Below are positions 15,738 through 22,211 of a stretch of DNA of 22,211 nt, piece by piece. Source of the stretch: a virus; IMG/VR virus record IMGVR_UViG_3300014638_000001. One strand, given 5' to 3'. A model generated the notes under the pieces. That model was not told the origin of the DNA. It did no database searches and was given only the letters and a program-made list of their open reading frames with translations. The position numbers and the translations under genes are program-made. The first letter of the stretch is position 1. Each line of letters opens with the position of its first letter.

Positions 15738-16201
15738 CGATCAGTAAGCAATCATGGATCTACCGTGCGTATGTGCGCGCGTTGGACTTGTTGGATGAGT
15801 TCAACCTTCGGGATTACCAGGATCGAGAGGCCCGCGAGCACACGGATTTGTGTCGTTTCATGCGAGTCTTCTTGATCTGGATCCCGTTTATGTTTCTTTT
15901 CCAGTTTGCCGTTTTGGGTGCGGTGGTCGTCGCTTTCGTGTACTTGCCGATTCGCTACAACGGTTTGCGGGCGTACCTGGAAGCTCTCGCGTGGGTTATC
16001 GGCGTGATCGTAGGTCTACTCGGGATCGTTTACGTCTGCATTTTGCTCTCGGAACGAGAGCCCCCGCTGTGGTTGGTCGAATGGCTAAATCGTCAGCGAC
16101 CAGAAAAACTGAAAAAATCACCTGGCCCGGCGAAAATCATCTTCACCTACATCAAGGCCAAGAAAGCCAAAATCTGTCCGTTAGTAAGGTTCACGGAATG
16201 A
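15734..16201 (+). CDS. two-TM membrane protein
   Basis: ATGA coupling; two hydrophobic helices; C-terminal KAKKAKICPLV. Confidence 0.8.
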   Translation: MTISKQSWIYRAYVRALDLLDEFNLRDYQDREAREHTDLCRFMRVFLIWIPFMFLFQFAVLGAVVVAFVYLPIRYNGLRAYLEALAWVIGVIVGLLGIVYVCILLSEREPPLWLVEWLNRQRPEKLKKSPGPAKIIFTYIKAKKAKICPLVRFTE

Positions 16202-16572
16202 AAACACATGTTATCGCAGGTCCGTTCTGCCTGATTATCATAGTCGTCTCCTTGCTTGTCAGCTTGGTCGAATCGTGTGTGCACGACGATTCCGTCAGGG
16301 CGACGCAGCTTGAGTACCTAGCCCAGAAAGCGTTTGATGCAAAGTGTAGCGGGACTTCGATCAAAGATGTGAAAGACCAGGGGCTGAGCCTGTTCCTGGA
16401 TTGCGGAGTGTCACACGCCAAGGAAAAGATATTCACGCGCCAGGAAAGCATGATCATCGATTGGGCGCAAAACAAACCCGGACCATGGGACTGCGCGGTT
16501 TCGCGCGGTGGTGAGGCAACTTGTAAGGGATCAAAAAAATGGCAGAAAATGAGACGATCAAAGAGCAAGTGA
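16198..16572 (+). CDS. membrane-anchored or secreted protein (MKTHVIAGPFCLIII...)
   Basis: ATGA coupling at 16198; N-terminal TM helix. Confidence 0.7.
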   Translation: MKTHVIAGPFCLIIIVVSLLVSLVESCVHDDSVRATQLEYLAQKAFDAKCSGTSIKDVKDQGLSLFLDCGVSHAKEKIFTRQESMIIDWAQNKPGPWDCAVSRGGEATCKGSKKWQKMRRSKSK

Positions 16573-16940
16573 AGGTCAAGCTGTTCGACCAAGACAAAGC
16601 GATTCTCGGCACCGAACTGGCGCAAGTGTGTCAGGAGATCGATGACATTGAGTCGGCCAAGAAGGCTTCCAATAAGGAATTTGCGGCGACCCTGGAAACG
16701 CTGACGAACAAAAAAGAGGATCTCCAACACAAAATCAACCGAGGCTACGATCTCAAGGAAATGGATTGCATGTGGATCATGGGCACTCCTGGTTCTGGCC
16801 AGAAGACGCTCGTGCGCGTGGACACCAACGAGGAGATCCGGGTCGAGGCAATGACCCAGGCCGACGCTCAGCTCGGGATGAACCTGCAGCCGCCATCCGA
16901 GGAAGAGCCGCCGGCCGATGAAGAAGCGAGCACTGACTAA
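16539..16940 (+). CDS. coiled-coil phage hypothetical protein
   Basis: AAGGGA SD; 133 aa. Confidence 0.8.
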   Translation: MAENETIKEQVKVKLFDQDKAILGTELAQVCQEIDDIESAKKASNKEFAATLETLTNKKEDLQHKINRGYDLKEMDCMWIMGTPGSGQKTLVRVDTNEEIRVEAMTQADAQLGMNLQPPSEEEPPADEEASTD

Positions 16941-17126
16941 GTGAATGACGCGCGAAAGACCATCTACCGCGCGCTGGGGCTCATTATGGATGAGTTGCGG
17001 GATTCGATGGACTGCGGCCCGCCGCATGTCCGAACCTGGGTGAAGGTGCGCCGGGATTTGGCGAGGCTCTCAGGGAAAATCAAACTGCCACGGCGCCGCC
17101 GGCGGGCGCGGACGTGGTCAAGGTAG
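16941..17126 (+). CDS. hypothetical basic protein
   Basis: Abuts the upstream stop. Confidence 0.6.
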   Translation: MNDARKTIYRALGLIMDELRDSMDCGPPHVRTWVKVRRDLARLSGKIKLPRRRRRARTWSR

Positions 17127-17139
17127 AACGGAGCGGATT

Positions 17140-17517
17140 ATGAACTACGTGAAAGTGAATCGTAACGAGCTTTTGGATGTGGTTCGAAAGAATCGCGAAC
17201 AACATCGGAAGATTTTCGAAGAGGCGATTGAGGGCTACCGCAGTGCGGCGATCAAGGAACTCGACGCGATGTTGAATGAAGCCAAGGCGGGTAAACGCAT
17301 CCGGCGAACGGTTAGCCTTGTGGAGCCGGTCGACCAGACGCGCGAATACAACAAAGTCATTCGTATGTTGGAGATGTCCACGGAGGACGTGATTGAGCTC
17401 CAGGAGCACGAGTTCAGCCAATACGTGCTCGACGATTGGGGCTGGAAAGGACAGTTCCTAGCTTCGAATTCGGCGTACTCCTCAACGGCCATGGGCCTAT
17501 TTGCGGCGGAGCAATAA
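17140..17517 (+). CDS. conserved phage hypothetical protein
   Basis: GGAG SD; 125 aa. Confidence 0.8.
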   Translation: MNYVKVNRNELLDVVRKNREQHRKIFEEAIEGYRSAAIKELDAMLNEAKAGKRIRRTVSLVEPVDQTREYNKVIRMLEMSTEDVIELQEHEFSQYVLDDWGWKGQFLASNSAYSSTAMGLFAAEQ

Positions 17518-17559
17518 AAAAGTGCCTGGTCAGGGCCAGGCTTGCTGTACAATGTCTCC

Positions 17560-18126
17560 ATGAAAAGAAACATCGGCAGCAAACTCTTCGTTCTGGCCCT
17601 CGTGGCATTGACCATGATCGGGTGCACCGCCTCTCAACTCACTGTGGCGCTCGACGTCGTTTCCGATGCTGCGGCTGCAGCCGCTGTGACGGCGCCGCTT
17701 CTGGCAGCCTCGGGTGTCATCCCGGTTCCAGTAGCCACCTTGATCGTTGATTACACCGGCGATGTCTCCGCGGCAGTTGTGAAAGTGGACGCGGAGCTGG
17801 CCAGCAGCGACAGTAATGCGATCAAAGCGTCGAGCATCATTGCGGACTTTGCGGCTATCGTGGTCCCGAACATCCCCGGTGCCCCGGCGAATGCGGTCGC
17901 GCTCGTGAATGGGATTGCCAACGCCGTGGCTGCGTTTATAACCCAAGTCCAGCAACAGCTTGGGACTACGACCAGTGGGATCAGTTCCAATGCGATCTCG
18001 TCGTTCAATAAGAAAACGGCGAACTGGAAGCCATCCTACGGCGATCGTCAGAAGCTGAAGAAATCGGTGGCAACCGCCAAGGACACACTGACCAAAGTCG
18101 CTGCCTGGAAGGCCGCGCACAAGTAA
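17560..18126 (+). CDS. Ala-rich putative lipoprotein
   Basis: MKRN...hydrophobic...MIG-C lipobox-like signal; TACAAT is 6 nt before the ATG. Confidence 0.75.
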   Translation: MKRNIGSKLFVLALVALTMIGCTASQLTVALDVVSDAAAAAAVTAPLLAASGVIPVPVATLIVDYTGDVSAAVVKVDAELASSDSNAIKASSIIADFAAIVVPNIPGAPANAVALVNGIANAVAAFITQVQQQLGTTTSGISSNAISSFNKKTANWKPSYGDRQKLKKSVATAKDTLTKVAAWKAAHK

Positions 18127-18428
18127 TGGTAATGTTTTTAACGAGATACCATAACAGAGAGGCTGTAGTTCCGGGCGGTGTGAGCCTGCCGAAGTCGATT
18201 GGCGCAGGTCTAGAGGCAAGCGTTAACCGGGCGCATCCGGTTGCTGAGCTGCTCGTCGTAAGATCGACACCGGAAGCCAATCACCATAGCGAAGAGTCGG
18301 AATGATGCGCCATCTCCGGCTCGCTGTTTCACGCCCCCATCGAGACCAACACAACATGGCATGATCGTGATCAGCCGATGGTGCGTCAGCTCACAAACGA
18401 CCGAGCATGGGGGCTAACCCACCAAAAC

Positions 18429-18444
18429 ACTCCTATATAGGAGT
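18429..18444. repeat. 16-bp palindrome ACTCCTATATAGGAGT (copy 4 of 4)
   Basis: Perfect palindrome, 13 bp upstream of a -35 box. Confidence 0.85.
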
Positions 18445-18457
18445 GATGAATTTCCCC

Positions 18458-18486
18458 TTGCTTCCTATTATTTCCTATCGTATGAT
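18458..18486 (+). promoter_or_regulatory. promoter TTGCTT-17-TATGAT, leaderless type
   Basis: The -10 is 6 nt before ATG 18493; no SD. Confidence 0.65.
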
Positions 18487-18492
18487 AGGTGC

Positions 18493-19338
18493 ATGACAAC
18501 CACACAAGAGCCGGATACCGCTACGGCGCCGGCCACCGCAACCGCTAAAGAAATTCTCGTCAACGTTGTTCTCGATCGTTCCGGATCCATGCAATCCTGC
18601 CAGGATGGCACCATTTCCGGTTACAATGAATATCTGAAAGGGCTGAAGGCTGACAAGGACAACAACTACAACGTCAGTCTGATCCAATTCGACACGCCGG
18701 CTAACCAGCCGGAGCTGACCGTTAGCTACGTTGACAAGCCGCTTGCCGATGTTCCCGAACTCAACAACACAACCTACCAGCCACGTGGGATGACCCCGCT
18801 ATACGACGCGATCGGCGAATGCGTCCGCCGGGTGGACGCCAAGTCCCGCGGCGTGCTCACGGTGATCATCACTGACGGCATGGAGAATGCCAGCCAGGAA
18901 TTCAACCTGGGATCAATCAAGAAGCTGATCAGCGAGAAAGAAGCCGAAGGTTGGAAGTTCATCTTTTTGGGCGCCAACATCGACAGTGCTGCGGTCGGCG
19001 GATCGATGGGGATCGCCGCAACGGACTGCGCAAACTACATGGTTGGCAACGAAGCGAGCGTTTATGCTAACGTTTCGAACAGCGCCATGCGCTATGCGAG
19101 TGCCACAACTTCACACGGTGTTGGCTCAGCGCATGCCCGCATGATGGCATGCTTTACCGTGGATGAGCGGAATTCGATGATCGGAGGTCGGCCTGCTGAG
19201 CCGAGCACGTTTCATATTCCCGCCACCGTCCATATTCCCTCCATCGTCACCAACCCGACCGGGAGTATCACTTTCGATCCGGCCAAAACGAAGCGGCCTA
19301 CGAACAAGCCAAGAACACAGTGGAAGGTTCGCAGTTAA
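18493..19338 (+). CDS. von Willebrand factor A (vWA) domain protein
   Basis: MIDAS motifs VLDRSGSM, GMTPLYDAIG, IITDGMEN; FIFLGAN. Confidence 0.9.
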   Translation: MTTTQEPDTATAPATATAKEILVNVVLDRSGSMQSCQDGTISGYNEYLKGLKADKDNNYNVSLIQFDTPANQPELTVSYVDKPLADVPELNNTTYQPRGMTPLYDAIGECVRRVDAKSRGVLTVIITDGMENASQEFNLGSIKKLISEKEAEGWKFIFLGANIDSAAVGGSMGIAATDCANYMVGNEASVYANVSNSAMRYASATTSHGVGSAHARMMACFTVDERNSMIGGRPAEPSTFHIPATVHIPSIVTNPTGSITFDPAKTKRPTNKPRTQWKVRS

Positions 19339-19342
19339 GTAC

Positions 19343-19489
19343 ATGGCGCCGGAAGCGGTGGCCTCTGAGTTGGGGGTCACCCGGCGCACCGTATACAACT
19401 GGGTTCGCTCCGGCGAATTGCCTGCGACCAAGATCGGTCGTACCTGGCGTGTAAACCGTCAGGACATCGAAGACAAGAAGAGCGGCTAA
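19343..19489 (+). CDS. excisionase/MerR-type HTH protein (MAPEAVASELGVTRRTVYNWVRSGELPATKIGRTWRVNRQDIEDKKSG)
   Basis: Translated by hand; classic HTH_17 pattern. Confidence 0.8.
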   Translation: MAPEAVASELGVTRRTVYNWVRSGELPATKIGRTWRVNRQDIEDKKSG

Positions 19490-19542
19490 ACCGGTGAAAA
19501 GGTTGACGTTTATGTTACCGCAAAATAGCGTATACTGCGGCC

Positions 19543-19902
19543 ATGGCGTTACCAAACGCACTCCCGTTCAAGACTGCCATGGTGCCGACCGGCATCCTGA
19601 AACCGCCGGCGGCTGGCAGTGCCATTTCATTGACTAGCAACTATGCCGATCTCGGGTCGAGCCAGCAGCAATTCGCGTTATTGCAGATTCGGGCGGCCCC
19701 CGGAAACGGCAGCAGCGTCTATCTGATCAATACCAGCGGATCCGCGGATGTCACGAGTTTTACAAACGTTCTTGATATTATTCCGCCGGGTGGGCAGACG
19801 CAGATCAACTTGACGCCATCGCAAGTAATCCTTCCAGGTCAATACTATATCGACGTTGCCAAGACCGGAGATTTCGCGGTGGCGCTGCTCGGGCAAATTT
19901 AA
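19543..19902 (+). CDS. hypothetical beta-rich protein
   Basis: 119 aa; TATACT is 6 nt before the ATG. Confidence 0.75.
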   Translation: MALPNALPFKTAMVPTGILKPPAAGSAISLTSNYADLGSSQQQFALLQIRAAPGNGSSVYLINTSGSADVTSFTNVLDIIPPGGQTQINLTPSQVILPGQYYIDVAKTGDFAVALLGQI

Positions 19903-19915
19903 TTCAAAATTTCAC

Positions 19916-19945
19916 TTGCGTTTCAAAAAAGTCTGCTGTTATAGT
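19916..19945 (+). promoter_or_regulatory. promoter TTGCGT-18-TATAGT with extended TG
   Basis: Upstream of the RNA/TROVE cluster. Confidence 0.65.
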
Positions 19946-20104
19946 TGAAATGCAGCCAGCTTTGCGGACGTGAGTTCGGCAAATGGCGCGGTTAGCAGCT
20001 CCGGGTAAAAAGCTTGCCATTGTGTGTGCTCCTCCGGTGGCCCGGCGGGGTCGCCAAAAACGCACACCGGGGCGTCAACGTTTGAGAGCGGGGCGCCCCC
20101 ACCA

Positions 20105-20117
20105 AGTTCTTTGAGAA
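20105..20117 (+). promoter_or_regulatory. boxA-like element AGTTCTTTGAGAA
   Basis: Same motif as in the tRNA array; just before tRNA-Met. Confidence 0.6.
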
Positions 20118-20129
20118 TTGAAAGTTTGT

Positions 20130-20206
20130 AGCGCGGTGGAGCAGGCTGGTAGCTCGTTTGCCTCATAAGCAAAAGGTCGGTGGTTCAAATCCACCCCGCG
20201 CCACCA
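20130..20206 (+). tRNA. tRNA-Met(CAT), initiator-like
   Basis: A1xC72 mismatch; fMet-type D arm TGGAGCAG..TGGTAGCTCG; T-loop TTCAAAT; CCA. Confidence 0.9.
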
Positions 20207-20210
20207 AGTT

Positions 20211-20352
20211 TGGGCTGATACTGTTTGAAGTGCCATACACGAAGGGCCACCAAGGAAGCGGGCGCGGCGGCCGCTGACCCTTCCACCGTCGCGAGGCGTA
20301 AGCCTTCGGGGAGATAAACCCTAGCGGAAGCTCCAAGCGATTTAACAGCCCA
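20211..20352 (+). ncRNA. Y-RNA-like RNA 1
   Basis: Terminal stem TGGGCTG/CAGCCCA; internal loop ATACT/GATTTAA; second stem GTTTG/CAAGC. Confidence 0.6.
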
Positions 20353-20358
20353 TTGATT

Positions 20359-20488
20359 TTGGCGGATACTGTTCGGGCTCACACGTAGCTCATTTGGTAG
20401 AGCGCTTCGCCTTCGCTTGAGACGAAGATGTAACTGGTTCAACTCCAGTCGTCCCCGCAAGGGGTTGCTCGAGCGATTTAACCGCCAA
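20359..20488 (+). ncRNA. Y-RNA-like RNA 2 with a tRNA-like domain
   Basis: TTGGCGG/CCGCCAA; ATACT/GATTTAA loop; internal D arm GCTC-ATTTGGTA-GAGC and T arm ACTGG-TTCAACT-CCAGT. Confidence 0.7.
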
Positions 20489-20494
20489 GTAAGT

Positions 20495-20735
20495 TTGGCT
20501 CGTATACTGCGGCTGGTCACACGTTTTCAGCTTAGTAAGCTGAAAATCCAGGTTCGAATCCTGGTCCCTCCACCGGGGAGGTTGAGCGGGGTCTCTCTGC
20601 GGCCCACAGAGAGATTTGTGGAACCGTTCAACCCTCGCGGTGGGGGGATCGTCCAACGGTAGGACATCAACGTCTTTCGGGTGCCGGTGAAAGCTGGTGC
20701 TTGATTGAAAACCAGAAGCGATTTACGCGAGCCAA
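20495..20735 (+). ncRNA. YrlA-like Y RNA 3 (permuted tRNA domain)
   Basis: TTGGCTCGT/GCGAGCCAA; ATACT/GATTTAC loop; T arm (20548-20564), then a closed acceptor-like stem (20565-20648), then a D arm GTCC-AACGGTA-GGAC. Confidence 0.75.
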
Positions 20736-20768
20736 TTAAAAATGTCAACTTTATGAAACGAGACAGCC

Positions 20769-22211
20769 ATGATCGAACAAGCGCTCAGCAAGACAGCCAT
20801 CATTTCGCAGCTCGCGCAATCGCCGCATGGCAAACTCGAAGCCTACCTCCCTGTTGGTGAAGTTGCCGCCCGGCAGGAGCCGGAATTTCTCTCGCATCTC
20901 ATCGCCTATAACCGGATCCACGGCCAGGTGCGCGACGCCAAGGTTGCCTTGCCGGTTGTGTTTTTGGCGAAGGGTGCGCTGAATGTCGAGTACATCGACA
21001 ACGCATTGGCGCATCTGGCATTGCTCGATGTTCGAAACTTCGAGCAGGCCGTACGCTTCGCGAAGACGCAGCATGCCCGAATGCACCGGGTGAACGATGT
21101 AGTGCGGCGCTACGTCCGTGTGCGCGAAGCCAACACGTTTCGCTGGGAAAAGGCAGCGGTGCAGCATCGCGAGACACTGACCAATTTGTATGCTCTCGCG
21201 CGTGTACGCCCGGCGCCATGGGCGAACGAGATTCTGTTCAAGCAGAAGTATCCGCGCGGCTCGGTTTTTGAGGCGATCGACAACCTGAAGAATATGACAC
21301 CACTCGAGGCGGCCGGCACGATCGCCGCTCGCAAGATTCCGTTTTTGATTGCCGTCGGCGCCTTGGGCGCCAAGTCGAAGGATCCGGACCTGGTGTTGGC
21401 GATGATCAACCGGATGTCGCCATCGGAGCTAGTCAACAACACAACCATGCTGCAGCGCATGGGAGTGAAGACGGTCCCGGCACTTCGTGCAGCTTATGAC
21501 GAAGCTCTGGCGAAGGCCGCTGGCAGCAAGAAGAACACGCTGAAGGTGACGAAGATCATCGAGAATGCCGAAGAGGAGCTCGATGAAGGCACTGTCGAGA
21601 AACTGAAGGTGCTCCAGGAGAAGCAGATCAAGACCCTTGGCGGTATCGATGGCAATTGGCTCGTGTTGGCCGATAAGTCTGGCTCGATGACGATGGCGAT
21701 CGAAGCATCGCGGCACATCGCGGCAACGCTTGCCCGGATGGTGAAGGGTAAAGTGTGGCTGGTGTTCTTCGATACGATGCCGCGGGGCACGGAAGTGACC
21801 GGCATGACCTATGAGCAGATTCGCGACAGAACCAAGGGCGTGACCGCGAATGGTGGCACGTCGATCGGTTGCGGTTTGCTCGGGATGCTGGAAGCTAATG
21901 TCGAGGTTGACGGCATCGCCATCGTGTCGGATGGCGGTGAAAACCAGCCGCCCTTGTTCCCGGCGGTCTACAAGTTGTACTGTGAGAAATTCGGCAAGGA
22001 ACCGCCGGTGTATTTGTACCGGCTGAACGGCGAAATCGATTACCTAAGCCATGAGATGCAGCAAGTTGGACTCGATTTGCAGAAGTTCGATTTGGCCGGC
22101 AACACGGTGGATTATTACGCGCTGCCGAATCTGGTCCAGACCATGTCGTGTCAACGCTACGGTTTGATACAGAAGATCTTGGACACGCCGCTCTTGCGGC
22201 TGGACGACATT
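20769..22211 (+). CDS. divergent Ro60/TROVE-like protein with a C-terminal vWA domain (3'-truncated by the window)
   Basis: Translated by hand: open for 481 codons from MIEQALSKTAIISQLAQSPHGKL; helical N-terminal region, then vWA motifs LADKSGSM, GGTSIG, IVSDGGEN; adjacent to Y-like RNAs. Confidence 0.75.
   Translation, partial: MIEQALSKTAIISQLAQSPHGKLEAYLPVGEVAARQEPEFLSHLIAYNRIHGQVRDAKVALPVVFLAKGALNVEYIDNALAHLALLDVRNFEQAVRFAKTQHARMHRVNDVVRRYVRVREANTFRWEKAAVQHRETLTNLYALARVRPAPWANEILFKQKYPRGSVFEAIDNLKNMTPLEAAGTIAARKIPFLIAVGALGAKSKDPDLVLAMINRMSPSELVNNTTMLQRMGVKTVPALRAAYDEALAKAAGSKKNTLKVTKIIENAEEELDEGTVEKLKVLQEKQIKTLGGIDGNWLVLADKSGSMTMAIEASRHIAATLARMVKGKVWLVFFDTMPRGTEVTGMTYEQIRDRTKGVTANGGTSIGCGLLGMLEANVEVDGIAIVSDGGENQPPLFPAVYKLYCEKFGKEPPVYLYRLNGEIDYLSHEMQQVGLDLQKFDLAGNTVDYYALPNLVQTMSCQRYGLIQKILDTPLLRLDDI

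Noticed and set aside
16780-16810. GTPGSGQKT in the 16539-16940 protein as a Walker A motif
   Set aside because: Spacing is not GxxxxGK[ST], and the 133-aa coiled-coil protein has no room for an NTPase fold
16191-18219. Long antisense ORFs 16191-17027 and 17530-18219
   Set aside because: They mirror well-supported plus-strand genes, as is typical in GC-rich DNA
18325-18333. TGTTTCACG resembling a chromosomal parS half-site
   Set aside because: The second half of the palindrome is missing
20211-20735. CRISPR array interpretation of the repeated ATACTG/CGATTTA motifs
   Set aside because: The repeats are only 6-7 nt, unit lengths vary from 130 to 241 nt and no cas genes are present; pairing of unit ends explains them better
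20185-21805. Track ORFs on the minus strand over the RNA cluster and the TROVE-like gene
   Set aside because: Shadow frames; the plus-strand ORF from 20769 has clear vWA motifs and was omitted from the track only because its stop lies outside the window

Overview
A 22.2-kb, GC-rich segment that looks like a large bacteriophage or phage-like element: dense short hypothetical ORFs, no host housekeeping genes. Left part (1-6823): a minus-strand run of small genes, including a KTSC-domain protein, a DUF932-type protein and a possible ART-fold protein, interrupted by a plus-strand HNH endonuclease. At about 6840-7620 there is a non-coding switch region with a perfect 15-bp inverted repeat and a C-rich to G-rich skew flip, followed by plus-strand genes. 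At 11379-13699 is a minus-strand array of 14 tRNA genes with encoded CCA ends. It contains a second HNH gene and a giant tRNA-shaped RNA, and is headed by an Acb2/Tad1-like sponge gene. The right part carries more plus-strand ORFs (vWA protein, excisionase-type HTH). It ends in an apparent operon: sigma70 promoter, boxA, initiator-type tRNA-Met, three Y-RNA-like structured RNAs sharing one internal-loop motif, and a divergent Ro60/TROVE-vWA protein that runs off the window and is missing from the ORF track. Most notable: the Ro60-like/Y-like RNA module; two 76-nt tRNA-Arg genes (CCU, UCU) in which the D-loop appears relocated 3' of the anticodon arm; a 16-bp palindrome repeated four times; and recurrent leaderless-type promoters. 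All calls were made by eye; no searches or folding programs were run.
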